From contig NZ_JANIBL010000051.1 in NCBI RefSeq assembly GCF_024505055.1, positions 10,738 through 34,737 of the forward strand: a stretch of DNA of 24,000 nt. The letters run 5' to 3'. Below, in pieces: positions 23,256-24,000 of this stretch. The DNA comes from Methylomonas rosea (GTDB lineage Bacteria > Pseudomonadota > Gammaproteobacteria > Methylococcales > Methylomonadaceae). Position 1 is the first letter of the stretch. Each line of letters begins with the position of its first letter. Made by a program: the position numbers and the translations under genes. The notes under the pieces are model-generated. The model was given only the letters and a program-made list of their open reading frames with translations. It was not told the origin of the DNA and did not search any database.

Positions 23256-23807
23256 ATGGGCAAGCGCTTCAACGAACTATCCGCCAAACATATCCAATTT
23301 ATCAGCGAGCAGAAACTGTTTTTCGTCGGGACGGCTACCACCGACAGTCGCGTGAATATTTCACCAAAAGGCATGGACTCCTTCAGGGTTATCGACCCAA
23401 AACGGGTCGTTTGGCTAAACGTAACGGGTAGCGGTAACGAAACCTCTGCGCACGTACAGCAAGCCCCGCGAATAACCATCCTATTTTGCGCCTTTGACGG
23501 TACTCCGTTAATTCTACGACTTTACGGTACAGCGAAGGTTGTTCATCAGTACGACCCGGAATGGGATAATCTTTTTGCCAGGTTTAATCCACTACCCGGT
23601 GCCCGGCAGATCTTCGACGTCAATGTCGATTTGGTGCAAACCTCTTGCGGTATGGCTGTTCCGTACTTTTCATATGCCGGTGAGCGGGAATTACTCTCGG
23701 ACTGGGCTGAAAAACAAGGCGAACAGGGGTTACGGGACTATTGGACGAAAAATAATCAGACCAGTATCGATGGCATAGCCACCCATATCCTAGAAAAAGG
23801 CGGCTGA
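23256..23807 (+). CDS. Pyridoxamine 5'-phosphate oxidase-family (FMN-binding split-barrel) protein.
   Basis: FFVGTATTDSRVNISPKG ... VVWLNVTGSGNETSAHV ... RITILFCAF is a typical PNPOx-like pattern. Confidence 0.75.
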   Translation: MGKRFNELSAKHIQFISEQKLFFVGTATTDSRVNISPKGMDSFRVIDPKRVVWLNVTGSGNETSAHVQQAPRITILFCAFDGTPLILRLYGTAKVVHQYDPEWDNLFARFNPLPGARQIFDVNVDLVQTSCGMAVPYFSYAGERELLSDWAEKQGEQGLRDYWTKNNQTSIDGIATHILEKGG

Positions 23808-23811
23808 CGCA

Positions 23812-24000
23812 ATGTTTGGCGACACAATTATTTGCCGTGAAATCATCAAAGCCGATTTGCCAGCAGTACTCCGCTTGTACGGGCAACCCGAGTTTGACGA
23901 TGGTGATGTGCTTACTTTGAACGTGGCCGAGCAAATCTATGCGCGCATGATTAGTTACCCCGATTACAAAATATACGTCGCCACCCATGCCGATAGCATT
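23812..24000 (+). CDS. GNAT-family acetyltransferase, N-terminal fragment. The 3' end lies beyond the window.
   Basis: ATG 23812 is 4 nt after the previous stop. MFGDTIICREIIKADLPAVLRLYGQPEFDDGDVLTLNVAEQIYARMISYPDYKIYVA is a typical GNAT N-terminus. The frame is open to nt 24000. It is absent from the ORF track because no stop is reached. Confidence 0.6.
   Translation, partial: MFGDTIICREIIKADLPAVLRLYGQPEFDDGDVLTLNVAEQIYARMISYPDYKIYVATHADSI

Noticed and set aside
15128-24000. The long co-directional run of about 17 small, functionally unrelated genes (four GNATs, cupin, thioesterase and others) resembles a chromosomal integron cassette array.
   Set aside because: Most intergenic gaps are far too short for attC sites (10, 6, 27, 23 and 4 nt). 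No paired RYYYAAC...GTTRRRY inverted-repeat structures bound the ORFs. Isolated GTTAGGC (15046-15052) and GTTAGAC (about 17212) matches have no partner core. No intI or attI is present in the window.
1-24000. A search by eye for tRNA/tmRNA-like T-arm motifs (GGTTCGAATCC-like), CRISPR repeats, IS inverted repeats, and integrase or transposase ORFs.
   Set aside because: None was found. The only GGTTCGAA-like strings lie inside coding sequence (leuA and the methyltransferase gene) and lack the surrounding cloverleaf complementarity.

Overview
The window looks like a chromosomal segment from a moderate-GC proteobacterium, probably a gammaproteobacterium. Supporting gene content: long-form leuA with a divergent Lrp/AsnC regulator, an FMN riboswitch in front of a RibB whose N-terminus tracks enterobacterial RibB, and an AHL-type LuxR. 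I call about 33 protein-coding genes. No rRNA, tRNA, CRISPR array, transposase or integrase is visible.

Layout:
- 1-2940: the 3' end of a translationally coupled operon that runs off the left edge, plus one small ORF.
- 2891-7162: leuA, an lrp-family gene and a lipoprotein serine hydrolase.
- 7323-14018: mixed small genes. These are TfoX-N, a P-loop kinase with a SnoaL-like gene, a membrane protein with AraC, riboswitch-ribB, EamA, and HxlR with MAPEG.
- 14226-14936: a LuxR solo on the minus strand.
- 15128-24000: an unbroken + strand run of about 17 small enzyme-like genes, four of them GNAT acetyltransferases.

Most interesting observations:
1. The left-edge operon ends in a compact protein with a Topo VI-A/Spo11/JetD-type Toprim signature (E...DxD-P-x-G). 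Its two visible partners are non-ATPase helical proteins, which is not the canonical Wadjet jetABCD order. This is a candidate uncharacterised SMC/Wadjet-like or Toprim-nuclease system. The window truncates it.
2. A 22-bp element with lux-box architecture (CTGT-N8-ACAG) occurs twice, 19/22 identical. One copy is in the luxR/GNAT divergent promoter and one is upstream of the gene string starting at 20210. Each has a -10-like hexamer at the same offset.
3. Three conserved genes (ribB, a GNAT, a secreted HExxH protein) each need exactly one extra base to restore frame. Two of the breaks are at homopolymers. This points to assembly indel errors or real pseudogenisation.
4. Smaller items: an in-frame FMN-reductase/transglutaminase-like fusion, a candidate about 108-nt leaderless small transcript, gene remnants between ribB and eamA, and tandem operator dyads for HxlR.

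All homology statements come from motif recognition by eye. No searches were run.
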